DNA of 64,000 bases from Thermoanaerobaculia bacterium (GTDB lineage Bacteria; Acidobacteriota; Thermoanaerobaculia; JALWYX01). The stretch lies in the NCBI GenBank assembly GCA_027078415.1, contig JALWYX010000012.1, positions 13,161 to 77,160 on the forward strand, written 5' to 3'. This document shows, piece by piece, positions 1 through 12,482 of this stretch. Position 1 is the stretch's first letter; the number at the start of each line of letters is the position of its first letter. The position numbers were made by a program, and so were the translations under genes. The notes beneath the pieces were generated by a model. It saw nothing but the letters and a program-made list of their open reading frames with translations, did no database searches and was not told the origin of the DNA.

Positions 1-41
1 TAGCGAGTAAATATTCGGGTATCGTAGATAGAGATGAAGAG

Positions 42-1523
42 TTGAGGAGTATAGTAAAAGAGGCAAGAGAGACTCTGGAGACAGAAGCTTTTATCAAGGA
101 TTTCGTAGATAAAGCCAAAAAAGCGCTGCTGGAGGGAAGAGAAGATGAATATTTTTCCTATTTAGAAAGAGCTCGTTCTATAGATCCTACACACCCTTAT
201 ATATCAGAGCTTGAGACTATGTATTTTGAGGTAACAAAAGTAGGGAGTGGTACACCGGGATCTATAACTAAAGTTGTAGGAGGAGTCAAGCCACCAGATC
301 TTGCTAGAGAAAGCGACGATGAAATAAAAGAGATTCTTTACAATGGTTGGCAATCGTTTGTTAATAGAAAATTCCAAGAGGCTATAGATACGTGGTCTTC
401 AATATTGGTTAAGAGAATAGATCATCCCGAGGCAATAAGGCTTATAGAGGAGGCTAAAAAGCTAAGGGATGAGATGGAGAAAGAGGTAAATACCAAAATT
501 GCAGAAGCTGAAGAGCTTATAGATAAAGGTGAAAAAGAAAAGGCTAAAGAGTTGCTTCATAAAATTTTAAAAGATTATCCTGATCACATTGTTGTTATAG
601 ATCTGCTAGAGCGTATAGAGAGAAAATATGATGCAAAGGTTGATGCTGCTGTTGAAGAAGAAGAGGTAAAAGAACAAGCAAAGGTAGAGTTTGAGTTTAA
701 AAAGGCTCCTAAAGTATCTTTAGCAGCTCAGTTGAAGAAATTACCTCTTAAATGGATAACAACTGGGGTTGTTATGGTTATTGCTGTTATTGCGTTTGTT
801 TTTATCCAAATAAGAAGTTCGGAAAAGGAGACAGAAGTGGTAAAAGAACAGCCTATAGTACCTGATACTATAGAGTTAGCTAAGTCTTTGTACAATGAAG
901 GGAAAATAGAACAGGCTATAAAGCTTCTTAAGGGTATAGGTAAAGACGATCCTAACCGTTATCTTAAAGCACAAACACTTATAAAGAAGTGGGAAGCGGA
1001 GATCGTTAAGAAAGGACCTTCAGAAGAGGATTATACTCGTAGGGCCGAACTTATAGAAAAAGCAAGACAATTTTACGAAGCTAGGAATTATCTGTTTGCT
1101 TACAAACTGTTCAATGAAGCAAATTCAATAGCCCCTTTAGAAGGAAACGATAAAACCCTTTTTTTTAAAGCTCAAGAGGAATATATGAAGTTGCTTGATA
1201 TCGTTAAAGCTATAGAAGAAGGACAGTATGAATCTGTGATAAGAACGTTGTGGGAGTTCTACGATGCTAATCCTGCTAGACACGACGTTAGATGGTTGCT
1301 AGCTATGTCGTATTACAATATGGTGATAAACAAATTAAACCAAGGTGATGTAAATCTTGCAAGAGAATATTTAAAAGAGATAGTTAATTTGTATCCTGAT
1401 AGTAAAGAGATAAAAAGATTACTAAACTTTAGCCAGGCTTATAAAAGTCAGAGGAAAGATCCTCTATACTGGATTTTTGTTAAGAGTTTAGAAGAAAAGT
1501 CACTTCTGGATTCTTTTGAATGA
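42..1523 (+). CDS. TPR/coiled-coil repeat protein with one predicted transmembrane helix; TTG start, reading frame open to window edge so may be 5'-truncated
   Basis: 493 aa ORF; repeated helical TPR-like segments, hydrophobic stretch VVMVIAVIAFVFIQI mid-protein; no stop codon in-frame upstream to position 3. Confidence 0.5.
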   Translation: MRSIVKEARETLETEAFIKDFVDKAKKALLEGREDEYFSYLERARSIDPTHPYISELETMYFEVTKVGSGTPGSITKVVGGVKPPDLARESDDEIKEILYNGWQSFVNRKFQEAIDTWSSILVKRIDHPEAIRLIEEAKKLRDEMEKEVNTKIAEAEELIDKGEKEKAKELLHKILKDYPDHIVVIDLLERIERKYDAKVDAAVEEEEVKEQAKVEFEFKKAPKVSLAAQLKKLPLKWITTGVVMVIAVIAFVFIQIRSSEKETEVVKEQPIVPDTIELAKSLYNEGKIEQAIKLLKGIGKDDPNRYLKAQTLIKKWEAEIVKKGPSEEDYTRRAELIEKARQFYEARNYLFAYKLFNEANSIAPLEGNDKTLFFKAQEEYMKLLDIVKAIEEGQYESVIRTLWEFYDANPARHDVRWLLAMSYYNMVINKLNQGDVNLAREYLKEIVNLYPDSKEIKRLLNFSQAYKSQRKDPLYWIFVKSLEEKSLLDSFE

Positions 1524-1909
1524 AAAATTGTATCAACATTTTGCTTCTTAGAGTAGCAGCTTTTGTAATAGATATAAGTGTAATTCTTCTGTATACATCT
1601 TTAGTAGGAGGATTGATAGCTTACTTTGTGGAAGCGATGGAACTCTATATACTGGTTATTTTGGCTCTTATCTTTTCCTTCATTTATATAACTTATACCC
1701 TTTTTTTTTGGAGAGCTACGGTAGGTATGATGTTGTTGAATCTAAAAATAACGGCTGTGGGAGGAGATTTGACGTTAGGTAGAGCTATCGGAAGAGCTTT
1801 TACATTTTTGCTGTCCCTTGGGACATTGGGTATATTTAATATTATATTTCTTCTATTGAGTAAAGATATTTTACTCACAGATTATCTGACATCTACGAGA
1901 ATAGAATAG
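1520..1909 (+). CDS. RDD-family small membrane protein
   Basis: 129 aa, three hydrophobic helices, conserved R...D...D spacing typical of RDD domain (WRATVGMMLLNLKI motif); ATGA overlap with upstream gene. Confidence 0.5.
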   Translation: MKNCINILLLRVAAFVIDISVILLYTSLVGGLIAYFVEAMELYILVILALIFSFIYITYTLFFWRATVGMMLLNLKITAVGGDLTLGRAIGRAFTFLLSLGTLGIFNIIFLLLSKDILLTDYLTSTRIE

Positions 1910-1921
1910 TGTAGGAACGCT

Positions 1922-2524
1922 TTAACTACCGTTTTTTCTCTTGTTGTAAAAGGAGTATAAAAATAACGTGATGTTTGCTGAGAAAAATGCAAAGGCAGAG
2001 ATATATAATGGATGGGTAAATATGGTGAATATACCCATAACTTGGTAGTAAATACCTACGTATTTTAGAATATTGTCCGCTAAAGATCCTAAAGAATAGA
2101 AGGAATGTCCTATTATAAGTAGCCATAACGAAGGAATAATACGAGGTGAAGAAAAAATCAGTAAAGATGTTAAAGCAAGCCCTACTAGCGAAAGGTTGCC
2201 CTGGATAGAATATGCCCAGCCTGAGAGATTTGATATATTTTTGTATCTAGAATTTCTTATTGCGGTGATTTCTATAATGCCACCTAGTAAGACAGAAAAC
2301 GACCATAGAAGAATAATTCCTCTTAATCCGCTCTTTAAATTAACAACAGGGGTTAGCAGTAAAGAAGAGGGCAATATTATAGACCATCCCAACCATCCCC
2401 ACGGTGTAGATAAAAAAGGTTGCGCAGCGTTTTTGAATAGATGTTGTACTATAGATAGATCGTCTCTTATCTCTTTTGAATCTTTGCTTTTTCTTGTGAA
2501 AAATATAGGCTCATATTCTTTCAT
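1922..2524 (-). CDS. hypothetical polytopic membrane protein
   Basis: 200 aa, 5-6 hydrophobic helices, last gene of minus-strand operon with NSS transporter. Confidence 0.45.
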   Translation of the reverse strand: MKEYEPIFFTRKSKDSKEIRDDLSIVQHLFKNAAQPFLSTPWGWLGWSIILPSSLLLTPVVNLKSGLRGIILLWSFSVLLGGIIEITAIRNSRYKNISNLSGWAYSIQGNLSLVGLALTSLLIFSSPRIIPSLWLLIIGHSFYSLGSLADNILKYVGIYYQVMGIFTIFTHPLYISAFAFFSANITLFLYSFYNKRKNGS

Positions 2525-2527
2525 TAA

Positions 2528-2935
2528 CTAGGTAGATGGTGGTAAAGGTGTTTTGGTCAATAGATATATAGAAAAGCTAGCTCCTCCTAAAAGTATAATG
2601 CCTGCTACTACCATAACTATTATTCCCGAGAAAGGAAAATGTGCAAACCTTATAGAAATATTGCGCGTTATTGTATTAGACTCCGTTGTAACCTTTACCA
2701 TCGCTAATCCAGCGTCCTTAGGAACCCAACTAACTTTTCTAGCAGGTGGTGAAACTTGAATTTTCTCATTTTTTGAAGTTCTACTGTTTGGACGGTATAC
2801 TATATCCACTTCCGTTATAGGAGTATCGAATTTAATGTACACATTTGTTCCTTTAATAGGAGGATAGGGTTCTATCTCTATTTTAGTAGCTATCAAAGAA
2901 ACCGGCATTAAGAATAGGAGAAATAGAGTTCTCAT
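2528..2935 (-). CDS. small secreted/single-pass membrane protein, translationally coupled (ATGA overlap) to NSS transporter
   Basis: Likely start at internal Met (MRTLFLLFLMPVSLIA signal-like N-terminus), C-terminal TM helix; start codon overlaps stop of upstream transporter gene. Confidence 0.4.
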   Translation of the reverse strand: MRTLFLLFLMPVSLIATKIEIEPYPPIKGTNVYIKFDTPITEVDIVYRPNSRTSKNEKIQVSPPARKVSWVPKDAGLAMVKVTTESNTITRNISIRFAHFPFSGIIVMVVAGIILLGGASFSIYLLTKTPLPPST

Positions 2936-4446
2936 CTGGGAGCTCCTTTTTTCTTGGTTAAGATGAAGGATATTGTAATAGTCGTTATAAGCCAAAAAAT
3001 TAAAACCGTCGGAGGTAAAATTTTAGATAAGTTGCTCCACTCTAAATCGAATTGCATTTGAGTTCCATATAGTCCTAGGAATTCACCTTTTATAGACGCG
3101 AACAGAATTGCTCCTAGAACAACTGGTATTAAATATTTTACTAATACAACAAAGAGTTTTTTAGGAAATGGAAATGATGAAGATATGTTGTCTGTTAAAC
3201 GCTCTACAGGAAAAAGCCATCCTATCACTATAGCCTCTACTAAAGCTACTATTAGTAATCCATAGCTGAAGGCCCAATGATCTGTAAGGTCCAGTAGAGT
3301 AAGACCTAATGTTCCATTGCCAGCTAGATGTGAATCTACCACTTTGGGAAGTGCAAATAGAATACTTCCTACTATTCCTATTGTGGAGAATACTATTAGC
3401 ACTTTCCTTCTGGGAGTATTAAACTTGTCTATTATAGCTGATATCAACGCCTCTATAAGTGAGATGGAGGATGAAAGACCGGCTAATAGTAATAGTGTGA
3501 AAAATAAAATACCAAAAGTGATTACTCCTGCTGGTAAATGTGCTATACCCTGAGGTACTATAAAAAACATCATGGTTAAAGTAGAAGCTTTTGGGACTAT
3601 AGAGAAAGCGAATAGAATGGAAAATATAGCAAGTCCTGCTATGTATTCAAAAGAACAGTTGAGTAAAGAAGTAGCAACAGCGTTGTTGACGTGATCCGAC
3701 TCTTTAGGTAAATAGCTAGCGTAAGCTGTCATTATGCCAAAACCCAAAGATAAACTGAAAAGAATCTGACTAATTGCCCCTTGCCACACTTCCCAGGAAC
3801 TCATAAGTTCAAAATTGGGCGTAAAAAGAAGGTATATACCTTCTATACCGTACGGTAGTGTGATACCTCGTATAATGAGTATGATCATGAAAATCCACAT
3901 AAGGGGTACAAACCATCTAACGGCTTTCTCTATAGTTTCAATGCCTCTTCTCACTATAACTATGTTAAGTATCCAAATAGCTAGAACTAGTAGTACGCTT
4001 TTGTAGGAAGAGAGTATAGAGAAGAAAAAGCCTGCAGGGTTAGCAAGTTCCTTTACCGCGAATTTAGGCAGGGTAGCAGTTGGCTCCCACAGCTTACCAA
4101 AAGCTCCAAACCACATACCTAAAACCCACGATAAGATTGTTATGTAATACATGGTTATGAAAGTAGCATTTAAAAGAGCCCACCAGCCGATAAATTCACC
4201 TTTCTGTCCCGCTATTTTATACATAGCCTGGGGAAAAGCCCTTTTGGTTACCCCACCTAATCCCATTTCTAGTACCATAAGAGGTATACCTATAAAAAAG
4301 AGAGATAGTAAATAGGGTATATAAAAAGCTCCTGCTCCTAATTTATACGCGTTAGCGCTGAAAAACACGATGTTACCTAATCCTATAGCAGAGCCTGAAG
4401 CAGCAAGAATAAACCCTATCTTGGAACTCCACTGTGGCTTGTCCAT
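2932..4446 (-). CDS. sodium-dependent transporter, neurotransmitter:sodium symporter (NSS/SNF, SLC6-like) family
   Basis: 504 aa; N-terminal motif WSSKIGFILAASGSAIGLGNIVFFSANAYKLGAGAFYIPY characteristic of NSS family; ~12 TM helices. Confidence 0.85.
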   Translation of the reverse strand: MDKPQWSSKIGFILAASGSAIGLGNIVFFSANAYKLGAGAFYIPYLLSLFFIGIPLMVLEMGLGGVTKRAFPQAMYKIAGQKGEFIGWWALLNATFITMYYITILSWVLGMWFGAFGKLWEPTATLPKFAVKELANPAGFFFSILSSYKSVLLVLAIWILNIVIVRRGIETIEKAVRWFVPLMWIFMIILIIRGITLPYGIEGIYLLFTPNFELMSSWEVWQGAISQILFSLSLGFGIMTAYASYLPKESDHVNNAVATSLLNCSFEYIAGLAIFSILFAFSIVPKASTLTMMFFIVPQGIAHLPAGVITFGILFFTLLLLAGLSSSISLIEALISAIIDKFNTPRRKVLIVFSTIGIVGSILFALPKVVDSHLAGNGTLGLTLLDLTDHWAFSYGLLIVALVEAIVIGWLFPVERLTDNISSSFPFPKKLFVVLVKYLIPVVLGAILFASIKGEFLGLYGTQMQFDLEWSNLSKILPPTVLIFWLITTITISFILTKKKGAPR

Positions 4447-5403
4447 TAATTTCCTCTCTTCTTCCTCTTAATTAGCTTTAATATTACCATAAAAAAATAA
4501 CGCTTCCTCTGCTTCAACACGAAAGAGAACCCCCCCCTTTTTGCAAAAGTAGGTTTGTGTATTCTGTATGTTGTAAAGTAAATTTGCTTTTTAAAATATA
4601 ATATCCTTTGTTCAGTTGGCTAATATTTTAGAGAGACCTTAACTGTAAATATTATCTTGAGTCTATTGTTTATGCTTTTTACAGATTGAGAGAGTTTTGC
4701 TATCTGTAGCGGCGGTTACATAGAGAGTGTTTGCCTATTTTTGCTTTAGAGATAACTTTAATATTACACGTTTGTTCCAGTTACCACATCAAATAGTTGG
4801 TTCAATACTACCTGTTACTCTACTTTTCTGCACCTGCTTGTAACAGTATTATTTGAAAATAACAACTGAACCTTATGTAGATGTTGAAATTTAGAAAAAA
4901 TTTGATTTTAAAATTACTTTTATAGTTGTTGTTTGGCGAATATAACTTTGTTTAGTCATTTATTTTTTCAAGAAAGAGCTTTATCTTTTTATTACTTGTT
5001 GGGCTATAAACGGTCAAAATTATTACCTGGTTTTATCTAAATAAAACTTAGTTGAGTAAAACTATACTTATTGTGATATTTATTGAGCTTGAAATACATT
5101 TTGAAAGATGAGGTTCTTTAAGTTAAATGTTGTAACTTTGTTATTTGCTTCTTACATTTATTTAGTGGAAGTAGATATAGTTTTAATAGTGGTTTGAATA
5201 GAACGTGCAAATTGGCTTATGGTAGCTGTGTTGTTATAGGTGAGCTTATAGGGTGCATTTTTTTCTTTAAACATATCTTTTGGCGGTAAGTTGGATTTTC
5301 TCGGTATAGTTGCATTTTATCTAAAGGTATTGATCGTCTGCGCTTATTTGGGTATAGTATTTGGCAGAAGGTTATATCAATAGCAAAGCAGGGAAGAGGG
5401 AGG

Positions 5404-5838
5404 ATGTTAGGTTACAGTATTGGGGAGATAATACTCAATTTCTATAAAGTATGGATTCTGTTTTTTATTAGTTATTTTATATTGAGGAGATATCTTTTTT
5501 TACCTATTCTAAAAGTCATAGATGAGAGAGAAGGGTATATAGAGGATATCGAAAACCGTTATTCGGAAGTTATGGCTTATGCTAAAAAAAAGCTTGAGGA
5601 CGTAGAGAAAGAGATGTTGGAGGTAAAAAAAAGGGCAAAGGAACTTAAAGTTAATGCTCAGCGTGAGGCTGAGGATGAGTATAACAGGTTACTTTCAAAG
5701 GTTTTAGCTGAAGTTGAGAAGAAAAAAGAAGATTTTAATCGTTCTTTAGCATCGCAACTAGATCAAGAGAAAAGAAGAATAGCTTCGAATATAGACAAGT
5801 TGGCTAATATTATTGCTAGAAAGGTTCTAGAGGGTTAG
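5404..5838 (+). CDS. F0F1 ATP synthase subunit b-prime (b-type stator subunit)
   Basis: 144 aa, single N-terminal TM helix followed by long charged coiled coil; first gene of atp cluster. Confidence 0.6.
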   Translation: MLGYSIGEIILNFYKVWILFFISYFILRRYLFLPILKVIDEREGYIEDIENRYSEVMAYAKKKLEDVEKEMLEVKKRAKELKVNAQREAEDEYNRLLSKVLAEVEKKKEDFNRSLASQLDQEKRRIASNIDKLANIIARKVLEG

Positions 5839-5841
5839 AAA

Positions 5842-6399
5842 ATGGCAAAATATTTGCCTTTTATTTTTATCTTTTCTTCCCCACTCTACGCTGCTTCTGG
5901 TGGAGGTAGTTTTCTTGGTTTACCTGTCTGGGTTTGGTTGATTGTTAATTTAATAATTTTTTGGGGTTTCATTATATATTATTTGGGACCTGCGGTTGTG
6001 GAATACCTTACTAATTTGCGTGAGAGTATTAAGGTTAAGTTCGTTAGCATAGAGCAGAAGCGTCTTGAGATAGAAAACATTGATGAGAAGATAAAAAGGC
6101 GCGTAAGGGAATTTGAAAGGGAAAAGGAGAGAATAATTGAATTGGCTAAGAGAGAAGCTGAAAGGGAGCGTGCTAGAATCTTAAAACGTGCTAGAGTGGA
6201 GGAAGCACGTATACATCGCAAGATAGAAGAAGAATTCCAGAGACGTTTAAAACAAGCGAAAGTGGAATTGGCTGAATATGCTACAGAGTTGGCTACGAGA
6301 ACTGCAAAAGATGAAATTGAGAAAAGGATAAAGGAGAAAGGTGAAAAACTGATATTGGCTAAATTGAGTGCTATTGACTTTGAAGAGGTTATTCGATGA
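5842..6399 (+). CDS. atpF: F0F1 ATP synthase subunit b
   Basis: 185 aa, N-terminal hydrophobic segment then highly charged E/K/R coiled coil; position immediately upstream of delta. Confidence 0.65.
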   Translation: MAKYLPFIFIFSSPLYAASGGGSFLGLPVWVWLIVNLIIFWGFIIYYLGPAVVEYLTNLRESIKVKFVSIEQKRLEIENIDEKIKRRVREFEREKERIIELAKREAERERARILKRARVEEARIHRKIEEEFQRRLKQAKVELAEYATELATRTAKDEIEKRIKEKGEKLILAKLSAIDFEEVIR

Positions 6400-6926
6400 A
6401 ACTGGTCGATTTTATAGTGACAAAGATAAAAGATTCAGCTCTTTTAGAAAGGATAGAGAGGGAGCTTGAAACGTTTCTAACTATCTATCGTTATCCAAAG
6501 GTGGCTCTAGCTTTTGTTTCTCCATATATACCTATTCGGAAAAAACTCGATTTGATTACTAAAATTGCATCTAAGTTAAGTTTTAGTAAAAATACAATTT
6601 CAATTCTACGAGTACTTGCTAGAATGCATGCTCTTTCTTCTCTGGATAAGTTAATAAAAGAGCTGAGAAGTAAACGGTATTCTATGTTAGGTATACGGAT
6701 GGTAGAAGTCGTTTTGCCTTCAAAGGACTTTTCCAATTTGGAAAAGGAGATAGCGTCCTTGCTAGAAAAAAAGTTGGGTCGATGTGATATATCCTTTAGG
6801 TACGATCCTAATATAATAGGAGGATTTGTAATAAAGGTAGGCAGTTACCTTTTCGATGCTAGCTTTAGGAATGAATTTGAAAAGATGAAAGTAGCCATGA
6901 GAAGGGTTTTGGAGGTTACGTTATGA
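6396..6926 (+). CDS. atpH: F0F1 ATP synthase subunit delta (OSCP)
   Basis: 176 aa; position between b and alpha subunits; overlapping start/stop coupling. Confidence 0.7.
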   Translation: MKLVDFIVTKIKDSALLERIERELETFLTIYRYPKVALAFVSPYIPIRKKLDLITKIASKLSFSKNTISILRVLARMHALSSLDKLIKELRSKRYSMLGIRMVEVVLPSKDFSNLEKEIASLLEKKLGRCDISFRYDPNIIGGFVIKVGSYLFDASFRNEFEKMKVAMRRVLEVTL

Positions 6927-8458
6927 AAATAAATGCTGAAGAGATTATAGGGTTATTGGAACAGGAACTTGCTGGCTACAAAGTCGAAGTAGATCTTAAG
7001 GAAGTGGGTACAGTTATATCGGTTGGTGATGGTATAGCTAGGATCCATGGTCTTGAGAATTGTATGGCGGGTGAAATGTTGGAGTTTCCAAACGGGGTCT
7101 TCGGGTTAGCTCTAAATCTAGATGAAGATGAAGTAGGTGCTGTTTTGATGGGAGATACAACGCTGGTTGAAGAGGGTGATGAAGTAAAGCGTACCGGTAA
7201 AATTCTATCTGTTCCTGTAGGAGAAGCTCTTATCGGAAGGGTGGTTAACTCTTTAGGTGCTCCTATAGACGGTAAAGGTGTAATAGAAGCGAAAGAGTTT
7301 TATCCGGTAGAACGTTTGGCTCCTGGTGTAGTTGAACGTCAACCTGTTAAGGAACCTCTTCAGACAGGTATAAAGGCGATAGATGCTATGATACCTATAG
7401 GAAGAGGACAGCGGGAACTTATAATAGGTGACCGTCAAACTGGTAAAACCGCTGTTGTGGTCGATACTATTTTAAATCAGAAGGAGAGTGACGTTATTTG
7501 CGTGTATGTTGCTATAGGGCAGAAGAAATCTACTATCGCTCAGGTTGTGAAAACTTTCGAAGATTACGGGGCTATGGATTATACAATAGTGGTAGCTGCT
7601 TCCGCTTCTGAACCTGCTCCGCTACAATACCTTGCTCCTTACGCTGGGTGCGCTATGGGTGAATATTTTATGCATAGAGGTAAACATGCTCTTGTTATAT
7701 ACGATGACCTTTCTAAACACGCTGTTGCCTATAGAGAAATGTCTTTGCTGCTTAGACGCCCTCCTGGCAGAGAAGCGTATCCTGGAGACGTTTTTTATCT
7801 GCACTCTAGATTGCTAGAACGCGCTGCAAAACTATCTAATAAATTGGGTGGAGGTTCTCTCACTGCTCTGCCTATAATTGAAACCCAAGCCGGTGACGTG
7901 TCTGCTTATATTCCTACCAACGTTATATCTATAACAGACGGACAGATATATCTAGAGAGCGATCTTTTCTATGCAGGAGTAAGACCCGCTATAAACGTGG
8001 GTATTTCCGTCTCTCGTGTTGGTGGAAATGCTCAAATAAAAGCTATGAGAAAAGTTGCAGGAAGATTGCGCTTAGAATTGGCACAGTATAGAGAACTCGC
8101 AGCTTTTGCACAGTTTGGTAGCGATCTGGATAAAGCTACACAGATGCAACTTGCTAGAGGTGAAAGGTTGGTTGAGATATTAAAACAAGATCAGTATGAA
8201 CCTTTGCCGGTAGAACTCGAAATACTCTCAGTTTTTGCAGGGACAAGAGGTTTTCTAGATCAATTAAAAGTCGAATATGTCCGTAAATTTGAGAAGTTTA
8301 TACACAGTTTCTTCAATGATGAAGCGCGAGAAGTGCTTTCCTTACTTAAAGAAAAGAAAGATATAGATAAGGAACTAGAGCAAAAGTTGACTGTTGCAAT
8401 GGAAGAAGCTCTCAAACGTTTTCTAGATGAGAATCCAGAAGCTAAATTGGAAGGCTAA
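6923..8458 (+). CDS. atpA: F0F1 ATP synthase subunit alpha
   Basis: 511 aa; Walker A GDRQTGKT, typical alpha motifs. Confidence 0.97.
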   Translation: MKINAEEIIGLLEQELAGYKVEVDLKEVGTVISVGDGIARIHGLENCMAGEMLEFPNGVFGLALNLDEDEVGAVLMGDTTLVEEGDEVKRTGKILSVPVGEALIGRVVNSLGAPIDGKGVIEAKEFYPVERLAPGVVERQPVKEPLQTGIKAIDAMIPIGRGQRELIIGDRQTGKTAVVVDTILNQKESDVICVYVAIGQKKSTIAQVVKTFEDYGAMDYTIVVAASASEPAPLQYLAPYAGCAMGEYFMHRGKHALVIYDDLSKHAVAYREMSLLLRRPPGREAYPGDVFYLHSRLLERAAKLSNKLGGGSLTALPIIETQAGDVSAYIPTNVISITDGQIYLESDLFYAGVRPAINVGISVSRVGGNAQIKAMRKVAGRLRLELAQYRELAAFAQFGSDLDKATQMQLARGERLVEILKQDQYEPLPVELEILSVFAGTRGFLDQLKVEYVRKFEKFIHSFFNDEAREVLSLLKEKKDIDKELEQKLTVAMEEALKRFLDENPEAKLEG

Positions 8459-8461
8459 AGT

Positions 8462-9331
8462 ATGGCTAATTTGAAAGATATAGCACGTAGAATAAAGTCT
8501 GTAAAGGGTACACAACAGATAACTAAAGCCATGAAAATGGTAGCCGCTGCAAAATTAAGGCGCAGTCAAGATAGAATTCTGGCGTCTAGACCCTATTCTG
8601 ATGAGATAAAAAAAGTAGTAGCAAACTTGGCTGCTAGAAGTGGAGATATATACCACCCGTTGCTTAATAAGGTTTCTCAAGATAAGCCTCTACTTTTGGT
8701 AGTCGTTACGGGAGATAAGGGTTTATGCGGTTCGTTTAACTCTAACATTGTAAGAAAGTCTCAAAAGATTATATCTGAGAGTCGTTCTGTTGATCTTTTC
8801 TTAGTAGGTAAAAAGGGATACGATTTTTTCAAAAACAAAGATTTTAAAATTGTAAAGTATTACGACTCTGTTTTTAAAAACGTACGTTACGAAGATGCCC
8901 AGGATATCGGTTGGTTCCTTATAGATAGTTACTCTAAGGAGCGTTATAGGGGTGTTACGGTTGTCTATAACAGATTTAAATCTCTTATAGCGCAGGAAGT
9001 TATTGTAGAGGAGTTGCTTCCAGTAAATCCAACTTCTATAGGATCTGTAACAAAAACAAGCTTAGAATACGAGTACGAACCTTCAGCTTCTGCTTTGTTG
9101 CGTAAAGTTTTGTATAAATACGTTATTTTTCAAATATACCGCATTCTTCTTGATTCTCAGGCTGCAGAACACGCAGCTCGTATGGTCGCTATGGACGCTG
9201 CTACTAAAAACGCAGGTGAGATGATAGATAAATTAACCTTACTTTACAATCGAGTGAGACAAGCATCTATCACTAAGGAAATTCTCGAAGTTGTATCTGG
9301 CGCAAGGGCGTTGGAAGAAGCATCTAGATAA
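8462..9331 (+). CDS. atpG: F0F1 ATP synthase subunit gamma
   Basis: 289 aa; N-terminal MANLKDIARRIKSVKGTQQITKAMKMVAAAKLRR and C-terminal gamma signature. Confidence 0.95.
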   Translation: MANLKDIARRIKSVKGTQQITKAMKMVAAAKLRRSQDRILASRPYSDEIKKVVANLAARSGDIYHPLLNKVSQDKPLLLVVVTGDKGLCGSFNSNIVRKSQKIISESRSVDLFLVGKKGYDFFKNKDFKIVKYYDSVFKNVRYEDAQDIGWFLIDSYSKERYRGVTVVYNRFKSLIAQEVIVEELLPVNPTSIGSVTKTSLEYEYEPSASALLRKVLYKYVIFQIYRILLDSQAAEHAARMVAMDAATKNAGEMIDKLTLLYNRVRQASITKEILEVVSGARALEEASR

Positions 9332-11235
<1,904 letters not shown>

Positions 11236-11382
11236 AACTTAAAAAACTTTAGCAAAAATCTGGTGCGAGTCGAAAATTTTTGTCTAGAAACTGTTAATCG
11301 ATAAAGGGTGATATCTTGCGTAGTAACAGAAAATTTTACATAACATATTATTGATCCGGAAATGTTCTAATTACCTAAAAAT

Positions 11383-11781
11383 TTAATATTTTACAGTTAT
11401 TTGGCAAACACTCTTTGTTTTTTCCTCAAAGCTTATTTCTAGCTCTTTACCATCTTTGATTTCATTCCCACTTAAAATGATGTTCTTTGCTTTTACACAA
11501 CTATGTGGGTATGTGAATTCAACTGTTGTTTCACCCTCTTGAGTAATTATATTTGTAATGGTAGCTCCTTGTGGAATATCTAGGTTGGGAAAATCGGAAG
11601 GTAATATGCCTCCAATTTCTTGTTGTTGTGTTCTACTTTTTACATCGCTAGAAATGTCAACTTTATAATCAACCTGCTCAACTATTTCTTCTGTTTCTAA
11701 TTGCTCTTTTTTATATTCATTTTTACATCCATAAAAAAACACCCCCGCTATTGCGAGGGTGAGGATAAATTTTTTTCTCAT
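11383..11781 (-). CDS. hypothetical lipoprotein
   Basis: 132 aa; lipobox-like LAIAGVFFYGC near N-terminus. Confidence 0.45.
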   Translation of the reverse strand: MRKKFILTLAIAGVFFYGCKNEYKKEQLETEEIVEQVDYKVDISSDVKSRTQQQEIGGILPSDFPNLDIPQGATITNIITQEGETTVEFTYPHSCVKAKNIILSGNEIKDGKELEISFEEKTKSVCQITVKY

Positions 11782-11793
11782 TATTGTGAAAAA

Positions 11794-12348
11794 TTAAGGT
11801 ATTCGACCTACTGAAAAAGAAACTGGGAAACCTCCACCTGCGGCGCTAGGTTCTGCAAATTGTTGAGTGTTGATGACTCTTCCAGTAGGCTGTGCTCCTT
11901 GTGTTCTTTCTTTGGCCCATTTACGTAATCTGTTATATTTGCTAAGCCAGTTAGCTGCAGTCCCTTCTCCTTCCGTTGTTTCACCTTCTGGACCTAGCGC
12001 TTCTTCAAGTACTAGGTCTGCCAATGTGGGAATGATACCAAGATCTATAGTGGTAGTATTTATTATCTTGCCGAACCCCGTTTCTTCTATTTCAGAAGAT
12101 ACCTCTTCAACTTCCTCTAAAGGTATAGCTACTTTGTTTGCTATATCTGTATAGAACACTAAATATTCTTTACCAAAGTAATTCTGTTTCTGGGGTTGAT
12201 ACCGAGTTTCAAAAATTTTTCCATTTTTAAGTACCACTTTTAGTACCGAGAAAGTTTGAGCTTCCACGGAGATTGCAACACTCAGAGCTATGACACCTAT
12301 TCCTACTTTTATTTTCATTCTACGTACCCCCCACTTAATTTTCTCCAC
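11794..12348 (-). CDS. hypothetical secreted protein (probable start at internal Met ~12318)
   Basis: Signal-peptide-like MKIKVGIGVIALSVAISVEA; acidic linker; no recognisable domain. Confidence 0.4.
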   Translation of the reverse strand: MEKIKWGVRRMKIKVGIGVIALSVAISVEAQTFSVLKVVLKNGKIFETRYQPQKQNYFGKEYLVFYTDIANKVAIPLEEVEEVSSEIEETGFGKIINTTTIDLGIIPTLADLVLEEALGPEGETTEGEGTAANWLSKYNRLRKWAKERTQGAQPTGRVINTQQFAEPSAAGGGFPVSFSVGRIP

Positions 12349-12410
12349 TCTACGCTATTATTTTATTATCTACACTAGGAGAAAACAATCTTCTTTTTGT
12401 CCTTTTACTT

Positions 12411-12457
12411 ATCAAATTTCAAAAGCGGGTGGTAATACGTGTTACCACCCGCTTTTG
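12411..12457 (-). terminator. rho-independent terminator: perfect 16-bp stem (caaaagcgggtggtaa / ttaccacccgcttttg) with 6-nt loop, U-rich tail on minus strand
   Basis: Perfect inverted repeat 12420-12435 / 12442-12457 directly downstream of the stop codon of the 12483-13229 gene. Confidence 0.55.
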
Positions 12458-12482
12458 AAAGACATATGTGGATTATTAGTGG

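Noticed and set aside
4447-5403. The long AT-rich spacer as a chromosomal origin (oriC)
   Set aside because: There is no dnaA/dnaN nearby, and I could not find clusters of TTATCCACA-like DnaA boxes in the region.
11236-11382. Terminator after atpC / lipoprotein gene
   Set aside because: No convincing hairpin followed by a T tract was found by eye.
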